64,000 bases of DNA, taken from NCBI GenBank assembly GCA_964291675.2, contig OZ219866.1:2464001-2528000 (forward strand). Direction: 5' to 3'. Of this stretch, positions 32,012-40,463 are shown one piece after another; the stretch's first letter is position 1; every line of letters begins with the position of its first letter. The notes under the pieces were generated by a model. The model made no database searches and was not told the DNA's origin. It saw nothing but the letters and a program-made list of their open reading frames with translations. The stretch comes from Alphaproteobacteria bacterium (GTDB lineage Bacteria > Pseudomonadota > Alphaproteobacteria > MPNO01). A program made the translations under genes and the position numbers.

Positions 32012-32911
32012 CTACTCCGCGGCGTGCGCCTCTTCCTCCTGCTGCAGGGCGAATATCGACGTGTAGCCGCCCGACCAGTCCGGCGGCATCAGGCACGGGC
32101 GCGGGTCGTGATGCGCCCACCTGACCGGCTCGCCGCGCAGCATCCGCCGGTCGTATCTGGAGCGCAGCGGGTTGGCGGTATAGGCGAACGCATCCGCCGA
32201 GGCATAGACGTTCAGCAGCAGCGGGCGGCCGATCGGCGAGTGGTTCGGACGGGAGCCGTGAATTGTGCGGCAGTTGTGGATGGTGATCGATCCCGCCGGC
32301 CCGTCGAGCTGCCGGACCCGCGAGGCGTCGATCGCCGCCGCGTCGTCGTCGGACAGGCAGCCGACCCACTCGCCGTCCCCGTTGTACTGGTCGCGCAGCG
32401 GCTCCTCATGACTCCCCGAGACGACCAGCAGGGGACCCTGTTCGGGGCCGCAATCGTAGAGATACGTGCCCACCGTCAGCGGGCTGTAGTTGGTATGCGG
32501 CCAGAAGCCGATGTCCTGGTGCCATTTGACCTCTTCGCCGCCGTCCGCCCATTTGAAGTTGAGCTTGGAATGGTGGAACTTCACGTTGGGTCCGATGAGG
32601 TCGGCGACGATGTCCGGCAGCACCGAACGGGAGGCGTAGTCCCAGTAGGCCGGATGGTGGTCGTTGGGGCTGGAGAGCCGGCGGAGGCGCGGGCGCCCGG
32701 CGCTGTGGCCGTCCTCCAGATCCCATACCGAATCCGAGCTTGCGACGGCGCGGCTCCGCTCGATCATCTCGTCGGTGGTCGCGCGCAGCCGGGCGAGCCA
32801 GTCCTCGCTTATCGCCTTCTCGACCAGCAGATAGCCGGTCTCGAAATAGGACTCGCGCTGGGCCTCGCTCAGGATCTTGGGCGGGGTCGCGCGGATCTGG
32901 TCTGGTGTCAT
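32012..32911 (-). CDS. Phytanoyl-CoA dioxygenase (PhyH) family Fe(II)/2OG dioxygenase
   Basis: YFETGYL, SKLNFK, WHQD, distal IHGSRPN..R. Confidence 0.9.
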   Translation of the reverse strand: MTPDQIRATPPKILSEAQRESYFETGYLLVEKAISEDWLARLRATTDEMIERSRAVASSDSVWDLEDGHSAGRPRLRRLSSPNDHHPAYWDYASRSVLPDIVADLIGPNVKFHHSKLNFKWADGGEEVKWHQDIGFWPHTNYSPLTVGTYLYDCGPEQGPLLVVSGSHEEPLRDQYNGDGEWVGCLSDDDAAAIDASRVRQLDGPAGSITIHNCRTIHGSRPNHSPIGRPLLLNVYASADAFAYTANPLRSRYDRRMLRGEPVRWAHHDPRPCLMPPDWSGGYTSIFALQQEEEAHAAE

Positions 32912-32976
32912 GGCGGGTCCCGGCTCGCAGTCGCGCTCCCGGCGCCGCAACGCCGGTCTCGCACTCTGCCTCCTGT

Positions 32977-33016
32977 CTGATATATCAGTAAAACATCAAC
33001 TCGCGGTGAAGGTCAA
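32977..33016 (-). promoter_or_regulatory. Sigma70-like promoter with perfect palindrome CTGATATATCAG (putative GntR operator)
   Basis: TTGACC at 33016-33011; TG-n-TTTACT about 18 nt downstream; palindrome at 32977-32988. Confidence 0.65.
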
Positions 33017-33029
33017 GCCACCTCGCAGC

Positions 33030-34352
33030 CTATCTGAAGCCGAGAAGCTGCGCCGGCAGCCAGAGCACCATTTGCGGGAAATAGCCGACGATGGCGAGAC
33101 AGACCAGCTGCAGGAAGATGAACGGGACGACGCCCGCGAACATGTGCCGCAGCGTGATCTCCGGCGGGCTGATGCCGCGCAAATAGAAGATCGCGGGCGC
33201 CATCGGCGGCGTCAGGTAGCTGGTCTGGATGACGACCAGGAACATCACGCAGAACCAGACCGGGTCGAACCCCATCGACTGGACGATCGGCATGAAGACG
33301 GGGATGAAGATCAGCAGCACCGAGATCCAGTCGAGCACGAACCCGGCGGCGAAGCAGATGAACAGGAACACCGCCAGCGTCACCCAAGGCGCGAGCGCGG
33401 CCTGCTCGATGAGGTCCTGAGCGAGAGCGATGCCGCCGGCGGCCACGAAGACGCCGGCGAACATGTTGCCGCCCAGCAGGATGAGGAAGATCATGCAGGT
33501 GACCTTCAGCGTCTTGAGCACCGCCTCGTTCAGCACCCTGAGGCTGAACTGCCGGTAGAGGATCGCGAGGATCATCGAGCCCAGCGCGCCCAGCCCGGCC
33601 GCCTCGGTCGGCGCGGCGAGGCCGAACATGATCGAGCCCAGCACGGCGGTGATCATGGCGACCGGCGGGGCGAGGGCGATCAGGGTGATGCGGATGCGCT
33701 CCAATAGCGGCGGCTCGTCGTCCGACGGCGGAATTCTCGGCCCGGCCCCGGGGTCGACGGTGCAGCGGACCAGGATATAGGCGATGTAGAGCCCGGCCAT
33801 CAGCAGGCCGGGGAACACCATGCCGACGAACAGATCGCCGACCGAGACGTCGGCCACCGGGCCCAGCACGACCACGACGATCGAGGGCGGAATAATGGTT
33901 CCGAGCGAGCCGCCGGCGCAGATGGTGCCCGAGATCAGCCCCTTGTCGTAGGCGTATTTCATCATCACCGGGATCGCCAGCAATCCGACCACGGTCTCGG
34001 TCGCGCCGATCACCCCGGACGAGGCGGCGAAGATCACGCACATGACCACCGTGCCGACGGCGAGCCCGCCCGGCAGCCGGCGGGTCCAGAGATGCACCGC
34101 CTCGAAGAGCTGTTCGGCGATCCCGGAACGCTCCAGCATCGCCCCCATGAAGATGAACAGCGGCACCGCCGCCAGCACGAAGTTCGACGCGACGGCGTCG
34201 ATCTTCTGGGCGAACTGGTAGATCACCGCGGCGTCGAAGGTGAGGTACCCGAAGACCAGCGCGATGCCCATCATCGAAAAGGCGACGTGAAATCCGAGGA
34301 ACAGCGCCAGCAGCAGCGCCGGAAACATCACCAGAGCGAGGTATTCACCCAT
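33030..34352 (-). CDS. TRAP large permease DctM
   Basis: AVPLFIFMG, GSLGTIIPPS, PTEAAGLG, FDPVWF, SYLTPP. Confidence 0.93.
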   Translation of the reverse strand: MGEYLALVMFPALLLALFLGFHVAFSMMGIALVFGYLTFDAAVIYQFAQKIDAVASNFVLAAVPLFIFMGAMLERSGIAEQLFEAVHLWTRRLPGGLAVGTVVMCVIFAASSGVIGATETVVGLLAIPVMMKYAYDKGLISGTICAGGSLGTIIPPSIVVVVLGPVADVSVGDLFVGMVFPGLLMAGLYIAYILVRCTVDPGAGPRIPPSDDEPPLLERIRITLIALAPPVAMITAVLGSIMFGLAAPTEAAGLGALGSMILAILYRQFSLRVLNEAVLKTLKVTCMIFLILLGGNMFAGVFVAAGGIALAQDLIEQAALAPWVTLAVFLFICFAAGFVLDWISVLLIFIPVFMPIVQSMGFDPVWFCVMFLVVIQTSYLTPPMAPAIFYLRGISPPEITLRHMFAGVVPFIFLQLVCLAIVGYFPQMVLWLPAQLLGFR

Positions 34353-34872
34353 GCGGCGCCTGCCGCTCCGGCGTCCGTCCGGTGAGCACGCGGACGCATC
34401 TGACGAGCTCGGCCACGCCTTGCAGGGCGAGCAGGAAATAGCCCAGGAAGAAGACCAGGCGGAACGGCCAGATCACCGGGTTCCAGGCCGATTGCCCCGA
34501 ATGGTCGTTGTTGACATAGGCCTCGACCCAGTAGTCCCAGAGGCCCCAGCTCACCCAGCACACCACCGGCAGGAACAGGAACAGGTAGCCGGCGGTATCG
34601 ACGACCGCCTTGGCCTTGTCGGGGAAGCGGCTGTACAGCACGTCGATGCGGATATGGCCGCCCTCGCGCAGCGTGTAGGCGGCGCCGATCAGGGCGTGGG
34701 TCCCCATCGCCATGTAGCCCAGCTCGAACGCCCAGATCGTCGGGGCGTTCAGCGCGTAGCGCGAGAAGACCTCGAAGCAGGTCGCGAGTATCAGCGGAAA
34801 GACGATCCAGGCGATGACGATGCCGGAGACGCCGCTCAACCGGTCGATGGAGCGGACGAGCGCCGTCACCAT
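34345..34872 (-). CDS. TRAP small permease DctQ
   Basis: EVFSRYALNAPTIWAFEL, GGHIRID. Confidence 0.93.
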   Translation of the reverse strand: MVTALVRSIDRLSGVSGIVIAWIVFPLILATCFEVFSRYALNAPTIWAFELGYMAMGTHALIGAAYTLREGGHIRIDVLYSRFPDKAKAVVDTAGYLFLFLPVVCWVSWGLWDYWVEAYVNNDHSGQSAWNPVIWPFRLVFFLGYFLLALQGVAELVRCVRVLTGRTPERQAPHG

Positions 34873-34900
34873 CGCGGCATCGTCACGGTCGGCGGACCGG

Positions 34901-34934
34901 CGGGGAAGGCGCGGCCGTCACCGCGCCTTCCCCG
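34901..34934. other. Intercistronic hairpin after dctP (probable mRNA-stabilising stem)
   Basis: CGGGGAAGGCGCGG-CCGTCA-CCGCGCCTTCCCCG. Confidence 0.65.
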
Positions 34935-34952
34935 ACCGTTGGGGCGAAGAGC

Positions 34953-36008
34953 CTAGTCGGAAATCACGTTGCGGTAATGCGTCGCCTGCCGCCACAGCTT
35001 CTCGAAGGCCAGTTGGCTCTTCAGCACCTTGTCGAACCAGGGGTTATCCTTGGCCTGCTCCATCGCCCAGTCAATCGCCAGCTTCTTCGCCTGGCGCTGG
35101 ACGTCGGCGTCGAGCACGATGATCTCGTTGCCCTGCTTCTTGAAGAAGTCGAGCGCCTTGGCGTCCTCGTGGCCGATCCGCGTCCAGCTCTCGAAGGTGA
35201 CCGTCTTGGCGGCCAGCGCCACGAGCTGCTTGTCGCGATCGGAGAGCTTGTCCCAGGCCTTCGGGTTGATCACCAGCTCGAACGGCGCGGTCGGCTGGTG
35301 GATGCCGGGAATGATCACGTATTTGGCGATCTTGTGGAAACCCGACGAGATGTTCTCATACAGCGTGCCCCATTCCGTGGCGTCGATCGCGCCGCGCTCC
35401 AGCGAGGTATAGACCTCGCCGCCCGGCATGGTGACCGGCGCCGCGCCGAGCCCCTTGGAGATGGCGAGCCAGGCGCCCGCGGTGCGGAACTTGAGACCCT
35501 TGAGGTCGGCCAGGGTCTTCACCGGCTTGCGCGAGTGCAGGAAGGCTTCGGCGGTGCGCGTGAAGCACGGGAAGGAGACCAGGCCGAAGCGCTCCCGGTT
35601 GAAGTCCTGCCACATCTCCAGCCCGCCGCCCTCGTAGATCCAGTGCAGCATGCGCTCGGAATCCATGGCGCCGGCATAGCCGCCGAACAGCACGGTGGTC
35701 TTGTCCTTGCCCCAGTCATAGCCCATCCAGGTGTGACCGGCCTCGGCCACCCCCTTGGCGACGGCGCTGCGGACCTCCAGCCCCTTGGACAACTGCCCCG
35801 ACGGGAAGACGCGCACCGTGACGCGGCCTTCGGTCAGGAAGTCGATCTTCTTGGCGACCGCCTCGGCGCCGATCTTCATTAGCGGACCGCCGCCCCAGCT
35901 CGCCGCCATTTTCCACTTCTCGGCGGCCAGAGCCGTCTGTGCCGTGGCCACGGCGAGCCCGCAAACCGCTGCCGCGGCCAACCAGCCTTGCGCGCGAATC
36001 CGTGTCAT
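34953..36008 (-). CDS. TRAP solute-binding protein DctP (TakP/2-oxoacid-like subgroup)
   Basis: Signal peptide, WKMAASW, DLKGLKFR, MPGGEVYTSLERGAIDATEW. Confidence 0.9.
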   Translation of the reverse strand: MTRIRAQGWLAAAAVCGLAVATAQTALAAEKWKMAASWGGGPLMKIGAEAVAKKIDFLTEGRVTVRVFPSGQLSKGLEVRSAVAKGVAEAGHTWMGYDWGKDKTTVLFGGYAGAMDSERMLHWIYEGGGLEMWQDFNRERFGLVSFPCFTRTAEAFLHSRKPVKTLADLKGLKFRTAGAWLAISKGLGAAPVTMPGGEVYTSLERGAIDATEWGTLYENISSGFHKIAKYVIIPGIHQPTAPFELVINPKAWDKLSDRDKQLVALAAKTVTFESWTRIGHEDAKALDFFKKQGNEIIVLDADVQRQAKKLAIDWAMEQAKDNPWFDKVLKSQLAFEKLWRQATHYRNVISD

Positions 36009-36042
36009 GATGCGTTCCTCCCTTGGTGGATCCGGTGGTCGT

Positions 36043-36348
36043 TCAACAGGCGGGCTTCCCGAGTGCTTCGAGAGCCCGGTCGATATCGTCGCCGGTCAGT
36101 TCCCAGTCGTTCTCCAGATTGGCGACGACGGCGCGCATGAAATCCTGGCACAGCTCCAGCGCCGTCGCGTCGTCGTCCAGGTGGTCGGCGAGCACGGCCA
36201 GCGAGAGCTGGGCCGGCCCCGCGCCCTCATAGGTCCATTCGAACCCTGTCGTGGTGAACCGCTTGAGTGCATAGCGGCCGTCCAGCGGTTTGCCGTCGAC
36301 CAGCACCACGATGCCGTCGATGGTCCGGGATCCCGAATAGACCTTCAT
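36043..36348 (-). CDS. Small conserved protein, DUF6166-like
   Basis: Y.G.R...G..V.VDG.PL and GFEWTYEGAGPAQLSLAVLADH motif. Confidence 0.7.
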   Translation of the reverse strand: MKVYSGSRTIDGIVVLVDGKPLDGRYALKRFTTTGFEWTYEGAGPAQLSLAVLADHLDDDATALELCQDFMRAVVANLENDWELTGDDIDRALEALGKPAC

Positions 36349-36358
36349 CGCCCGCCGA

Positions 36359-36403
36359 CTGATATATCTGTAGTATGCTAACCGCGGCGACGAGGCTTGT
36401 AAA
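36359..36403 (-). promoter_or_regulatory. Sigma70 promoter TTTACA-N17-TAGCAT with operator CAGATATATCAG over the start site
   Basis: -35 at 36403-36398, -10 at 36380-36375, operator at 36359-36370. Confidence 0.7.
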
Positions 36404-36423
36404 CCCGGCCCCGGCCGGGGGCC

Positions 36424-37092
36424 TCATCTCGCCGCCGCGCGCTCCGGCTGCGGGGTGTCCAGGGTGGCGCGGGTGAACTCTTCGACATAGTCGATCAGCC
36501 GGTCGGAGGCCCGCGCCGCTTCGTCCGGGTCTCCTTCGGCGATGCCGCGCGCGAGCTCGGCATGCAGCCGGGCGCAGAGCGGCAGGTCCGCCGCCTCCTT
36601 GTAATGCATGTACCAGAAGCGCCGCGACAGCCCGTGAGTCTGGCCCATCGCGCGCTGCGCATACTCGTTGTGGGACGCCTCGGCCTCGAGCTGGTTGAGC
36701 GCCTGGTCGTAGCGCATGAACGCGATGTCGTCGTTCTCGCGCGATGCCTTTTCCATGCCGTCGGCGATTTCCAGGAACCGGAGCCTCTCCTCTTCCGTGC
36801 GGCGCAGCGCGCCGGTGCGCGCGATCAGCCGTTCCAGCTCGCGCCGCACTTCCAGCAGCAGGATCTGGTTGCGCGGGTTGATCTCGGTAACCAGGATTCC
36901 CTTGCGCGGCAGGACGACCACCAGCCCCTCGCGCGCGAGACGTTGCAGCGCCTCGCGTATCGGCGTGCGGCCGAAGCCGAGATCGGTGGCCAGCGCGCTC
37001 TCCGACAGGACCGCGCCCGGGCTGAGCCGCAGCGTGACGATCGCCTCCTCCAGCCGGTCATAGGCCCGGTCGGTCAGGGTCGCGTGCTTCAT
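36424..37092 (-). CDS. GntR-family (FadR/FCD) transcriptional regulator
   Basis: AYDRLEEAI...L.PG..LSE..LA..LGFGRTPIREAL; C-terminal FCD domain. Confidence 0.93.
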   Translation of the reverse strand: MKHATLTDRAYDRLEEAIVTLRLSPGAVLSESALATDLGFGRTPIREALQRLAREGLVVVLPRKGILVTEINPRNQILLLEVRRELERLIARTGALRRTEEERLRFLEIADGMEKASRENDDIAFMRYDQALNQLEAEASHNEYAQRAMGQTHGLSRRFWYMHYKEAADLPLCARLHAELARGIAEGDPDEAARASDRLIDYVEEFTRATLDTPQPERAAAR

Positions 37093-37161
37093 CGCGTCAC
37101 GGCGTCCCTCGATACGGCGCGCCCCTGCCGTGCGGGCGCCGCAAGGCGTAGCGGAAACAAG

Positions 37162-38040
37162 CTAGATCTGGCGGCGTTTCTCGACCATCGCTGCGAAGGC
37201 CTCGTACTCGCTGTCGTCGACGCCGTAGCTGTGATCGTCATCCGGAAAGGTGCCTTCTCTCACTTCGCTCGCGTAGCGGGAAATTCCATTGACCGCGACC
37301 TCGGTCAGGTTGGCATAGCGCTTGGTGAATTTGGGTTTGAAGTCGGTGAACACGCCGAGCAGATCATAGCACAGCAATATCTGGCCGTCGGTTCCGGCTC
37401 CCGCCCCGATCCCGATGGTGGGGATTTCGAGCTGCTCGGAGATCAGCCTGGCGATCCTGGCGGGTACCGCCTCGAACTCCAGCATGAAGCAGCCCGCATC
37501 CTCGATGGCCAGCGCGTCCTCGAGAATCTTCATCGCGGCATCCGCCGTCCGGCCCTGTATCCGGAAGCCTCCGAAGACGGCCACCGTATGGGGCGTCAGG
37601 CCGATATGGGACGCCGTCGGGATGCCGGAATCGACCAGGGCGCTGAGGACATGCGCCTGGCTTTTGCCGCCCTGGGGCTTGACCGCATCCGAGCCGGCGT
37701 CCTGCATGAAGCGGGTCGCGTTGGCGAGCGCCCGGTCGATGGTGTTGTAGCTCTGATAGGGCATGCAGCCGAGCACGAAGGTGTTCGGGGCGCCGCGGCG
37801 CACCGCCTGGCCGTGCATGATCATCATGTCCATGGTCGCGGGTATGGTGTTGGGATGCCCGTGGGCGATCATCGCCAGGCTGTCGCCGAGCACCGCGACA
37901 TCGACGCCGCCCATCTCCGCCCATTGCGCCGAGGTGTAGTCCGGCACCGACATGTAGACCATCTTTTCGCCGGTCGCCTTGGACCGCCGGATCTCCGTGA
38001 TGGTCCGCTTCTTGCGCGTGGTCTCGCTGGCCTCGGCCAT
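37162..38040 (-). CDS. panB: Ketopantoate hydroxymethyltransferase (PanB)-like protein, divergent active site
   Basis: LGDSL.M..HG, AVRRGAP, HIGLTP, IPTIGIGAG..TDGQIL; but GCMPY and KPQGG replace ADxPF and KxEGG. Confidence 0.8.
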   Translation of the reverse strand: MAEASETTRKKRTITEIRRSKATGEKMVYMSVPDYTSAQWAEMGGVDVAVLGDSLAMIAHGHPNTIPATMDMMIMHGQAVRRGAPNTFVLGCMPYQSYNTIDRALANATRFMQDAGSDAVKPQGGKSQAHVLSALVDSGIPTASHIGLTPHTVAVFGGFRIQGRTADAAMKILEDALAIEDAGCFMLEFEAVPARIARLISEQLEIPTIGIGAGAGTDGQILLCYDLLGVFTDFKPKFTKRYANLTEVAVNGISRYASEVREGTFPDDDHSYGVDDSEYEAFAAMVEKRRQI

Positions 38041-38054
38041 GACGCCGCTTCCCG

Positions 38055-38111
38055 TTGATCTATCTGTGATATATTAAGCGTCATTCTGGGGGAGCGCCGT
38101 GCACCCGTCAA
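38055..38111 (-). promoter_or_regulatory. Promoter TTGACG-N17-CAGAAT followed by two degenerate TGATATATCA-like sites
   Basis: -35 at 38111-38106, -10 at 38088-38083; plus strand TTGATCTATCTG/TGATATATTAA at 38055-38077. Confidence 0.6.
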
Positions 38112-38139
38112 CGTCGCGGCCGGGAAGGAGGGCCGGGCG

Positions 38140-38325
38140 ATGCCGAACAATATTCGCGCGATACTCACCGTTATCGTCGTGGCGATCGCCTGCGCGGCCT
38201 TCTGGTTCGAACACGACGCCGGCGAGACGTTCCTGAAGTGGCTGGCCGCCGGGCTCGGGGTCTTCATGGTGTTCGCGGTCTGGCTGTTCCCGGAGACCGC
38301 GCGGAAATCCGACGACCCCGATTGA
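38140..38325 (+). CDS. Small two-TM membrane protein (61 aa)
   Basis: AAGGAGG RBS, two hydrophobic helices, host-like codon use. Confidence 0.65.
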   Translation: MPNNIRAILTVIVVAIACAAFWFEHDAGETFLKWLAAGLGVFMVFAVWLFPETARKSDDPD

Positions 38326-38338
38326 GCGTCACTGCGGG

Positions 38339-39433
38339 CTAACGAAACCCGTCGATGCCGAGCTCCGCCCGGAGCCCGACCGTCGCCGCCTCCTTGGCCG
38401 GTTCGAGCGGGATTCCGGTGGCGTCGGCCACCCGGTCGAGCGCCGAGTAGTTGGCGACCACGGCGGCCGCGTCGACCAGGGCGGCATCGCCCAGGGACTC
38501 GCGCAGGCGTTCCCGGATCGTAGTCAGCCCGGCCTCGTCTTCGCCCAGCACCGCTTCCGCGAACCCCGCCAGAAGGCGTCCATGCGGGATGCCGCCGCCG
38601 CCGCTGCCGGCGATCGCCTTCAAGTTCACTTCGGTGCCGCTGGCAGTCGCGCTCGCACGGAGCATCTCGGCATGGGTGGTGGTTCAGTAGAAGCACATGT
38701 TGATGGCCGAGACCCGTCCGGCGATGAGCTCCATCTGGGCGCGGTCTATCGCGCGGTGCTTACCCGCGACGTCCGGTATCAGGCGTCCGGGGAGGTATTG
38801 CGCGTCGACCATGTCGAACAGCCCGGCCGCCTCCCGCGGCACCAGGCTGAGCGCGCGCCGGATGAAGGTCGGGTCGGGCGAGACATAGGCGCCGTCGAGG
38901 CAGGCCTCCTCGGCGGTCCGGTCTTCCGGCGCCAGCATGGCGACCCATGCCGGTCCCGCCTTGGCGCCCGCCGGCCTTGCCCGCGACGGCTCGCCCGGTT
39001 GCGGCGGCGGCAGGGGGTGCGGCGGCACCCCGATCGCGCGGCAGAAAATATCGACCGCGATCGTCGTCGCCGCGACGCCCACCGTCTCGACGAATTCCGT
39101 CTGTTCGATGCCGCTCGCCATCGCGCGGTCGAACCAGGCGCGGGTCAGGCGGCCCGGGTCGGTGGCGATCCGGTGGACGACTTCGACGACATTGCCCGGC
39201 AGGTCGGTCGCCGAGCGGTGCGATCCGGGCATCCCATAGGGCGACAGCGCGGCCTTGCAGTCCGCGCAATAGGCGCAATCGCGCGCCGCCCGGGTCTCGG
39301 CCGCGATGGCGAGCCGGCGCTCCGCGTCCAGCCAGGTGCCGGGCGCGGCGAGGCGTCGCCAGGCGCGAAAATGGGCGGCGGCCAGATCGGCGCGGACCGC
39401 GATCCCTGCCGAGTCGTATGAGAGACCGTCCAT
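38339..39433 (-). CDS. AhpD/CMD-like alkylhydroperoxidase-related protein, probable selenoprotein (UGA at 38686-38684 read as Sec), 364 aa
   Basis: ELIAGRVSAINMC-F-Y-TGA-T-T-T-H-AEML continues in frame into ORF 38339-38665; matches AhpD CxxCxxxH; hairpin downstream of the UGA. Confidence 0.82.
38635..38672 (-). other. Putative bacterial SECIS element
   Basis: RNA GCUC-CGUGC-GAGC hairpin whose G-containing loop starts ~24 nt after the UGA, enclosed by a possible UGCCG/CGGCA lower stem. Confidence 0.55.
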
Positions 39434-39447
39434 CCCGGTTCGCCCGA

Positions 39448-40452
39448 TCAGCCGGCGCGGATCGCCGGCAGCACGCGCTCGCCGAACAGCTCCACCGTCC
39501 CCGCCGGGTCGGAGGCGACGCTCACGGTGAACATGACGCGCTTCAGCCCCGCGTCCCCGGCGGCACGCAGCTGCGCGAGGCACTGCTCCGGGGTGCCGTG
39601 GATGGCGAAGCGCCCGGCGAGGTAATCGAACAGCCCGAGCTCGTCGACCAGCTCCGCATCGGCCTCGCCCGGCCTGGTGCTGTAGCGCCGGCGCAGCTCC
39701 CGCACCTTCTCGTGGTACTCCGCCGGCACGCCGCGCTCGTCGAGATCGTCCGAGGCCAGAATGTAGCCGCCCGCCATGAAGGCGAGGATCGCGCCGGCCC
39801 GGCGCCTCGCGGCCCCGCCGTCCAGGTTGCAGTCAAGGCTCGCGATCTGCCACGTCTCGACATCCTCCGCGGCGCGTCCGGCGGCCCGCGCCCCCTCGGC
39901 AACGAGGGCTTCGGAATAGGCCAGATTCTCCCGCGCGATCCCGAAATTGACGAACGCGCCGTCGGCGATCCCGCCCGCCAGCCGGAGCGTCCTCGGGCCG
40001 GACCCGGCGAGGAAGACGCGCGGGCCGGTCCGCGCCCAGGGGAGGTGGGAAGCGGCATCGCCAAGCGCCGTCGGCGCGCCCGAGGTCAGCGCCTTGATGA
40101 AGCGGATTCCATCGTCCATGTCGCGGAGCCCCGAGCTCGGGAGGCCCAGGTTCCGCGTGCCGCTGTGCCCGGCGCCGAGCCCGAGCACCGTCCTTCCCGG
40201 GGCGAGCAGATCGAGCGAGGAGATCGCCGCGGCGGAGACCGAGGGGTGGCGCGATGACAGGTTGGTGACGCAGAGCGCGACCCGCGCCCGGCTCGTCTCG
40301 CGGGCGACGACGGCGGCCGCGACCCAGGGGTCCATCGCGTTGCCCGGGGTATCGGCGATGCCGATCATGTCGTAGCTCCAGCGGTCCGCCGCCCGCGCCA
40401 TGCGCTCGATCAGTTCCGGCGTGTAGGGCCAGAAGAAGAACCCGATCTCCAT
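39448..40452 (-). CDS. LLM-class (luciferase-like/Mer-like) flavin-dependent oxidoreductase
   Basis: MEIGFFFW; DPWV.AA, VTNL.SRHP, APGR.VLGLGAG, AGSGPRTLRLAG.IADG, GTPEQC. Confidence 0.88.
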   Translation of the reverse strand: MEIGFFFWPYTPELIERMARAADRWSYDMIGIADTPGNAMDPWVAAAVVARETSRARVALCVTNLSSRHPSVSAAAISSLDLLAPGRTVLGLGAGHSGTRNLGLPSSGLRDMDDGIRFIKALTSGAPTALGDAASHLPWARTGPRVFLAGSGPRTLRLAGGIADGAFVNFGIARENLAYSEALVAEGARAAGRAAEDVETWQIASLDCNLDGGAARRRAGAILAFMAGGYILASDDLDERGVPAEYHEKVRELRRRYSTRPGEADAELVDELGLFDYLAGRFAIHGTPEQCLAQLRAAGDAGLKRVMFTVSVASDPAGTVELFGERVLPAIRAG

Positions 40453-40463
40453 CGCAATCTCCG

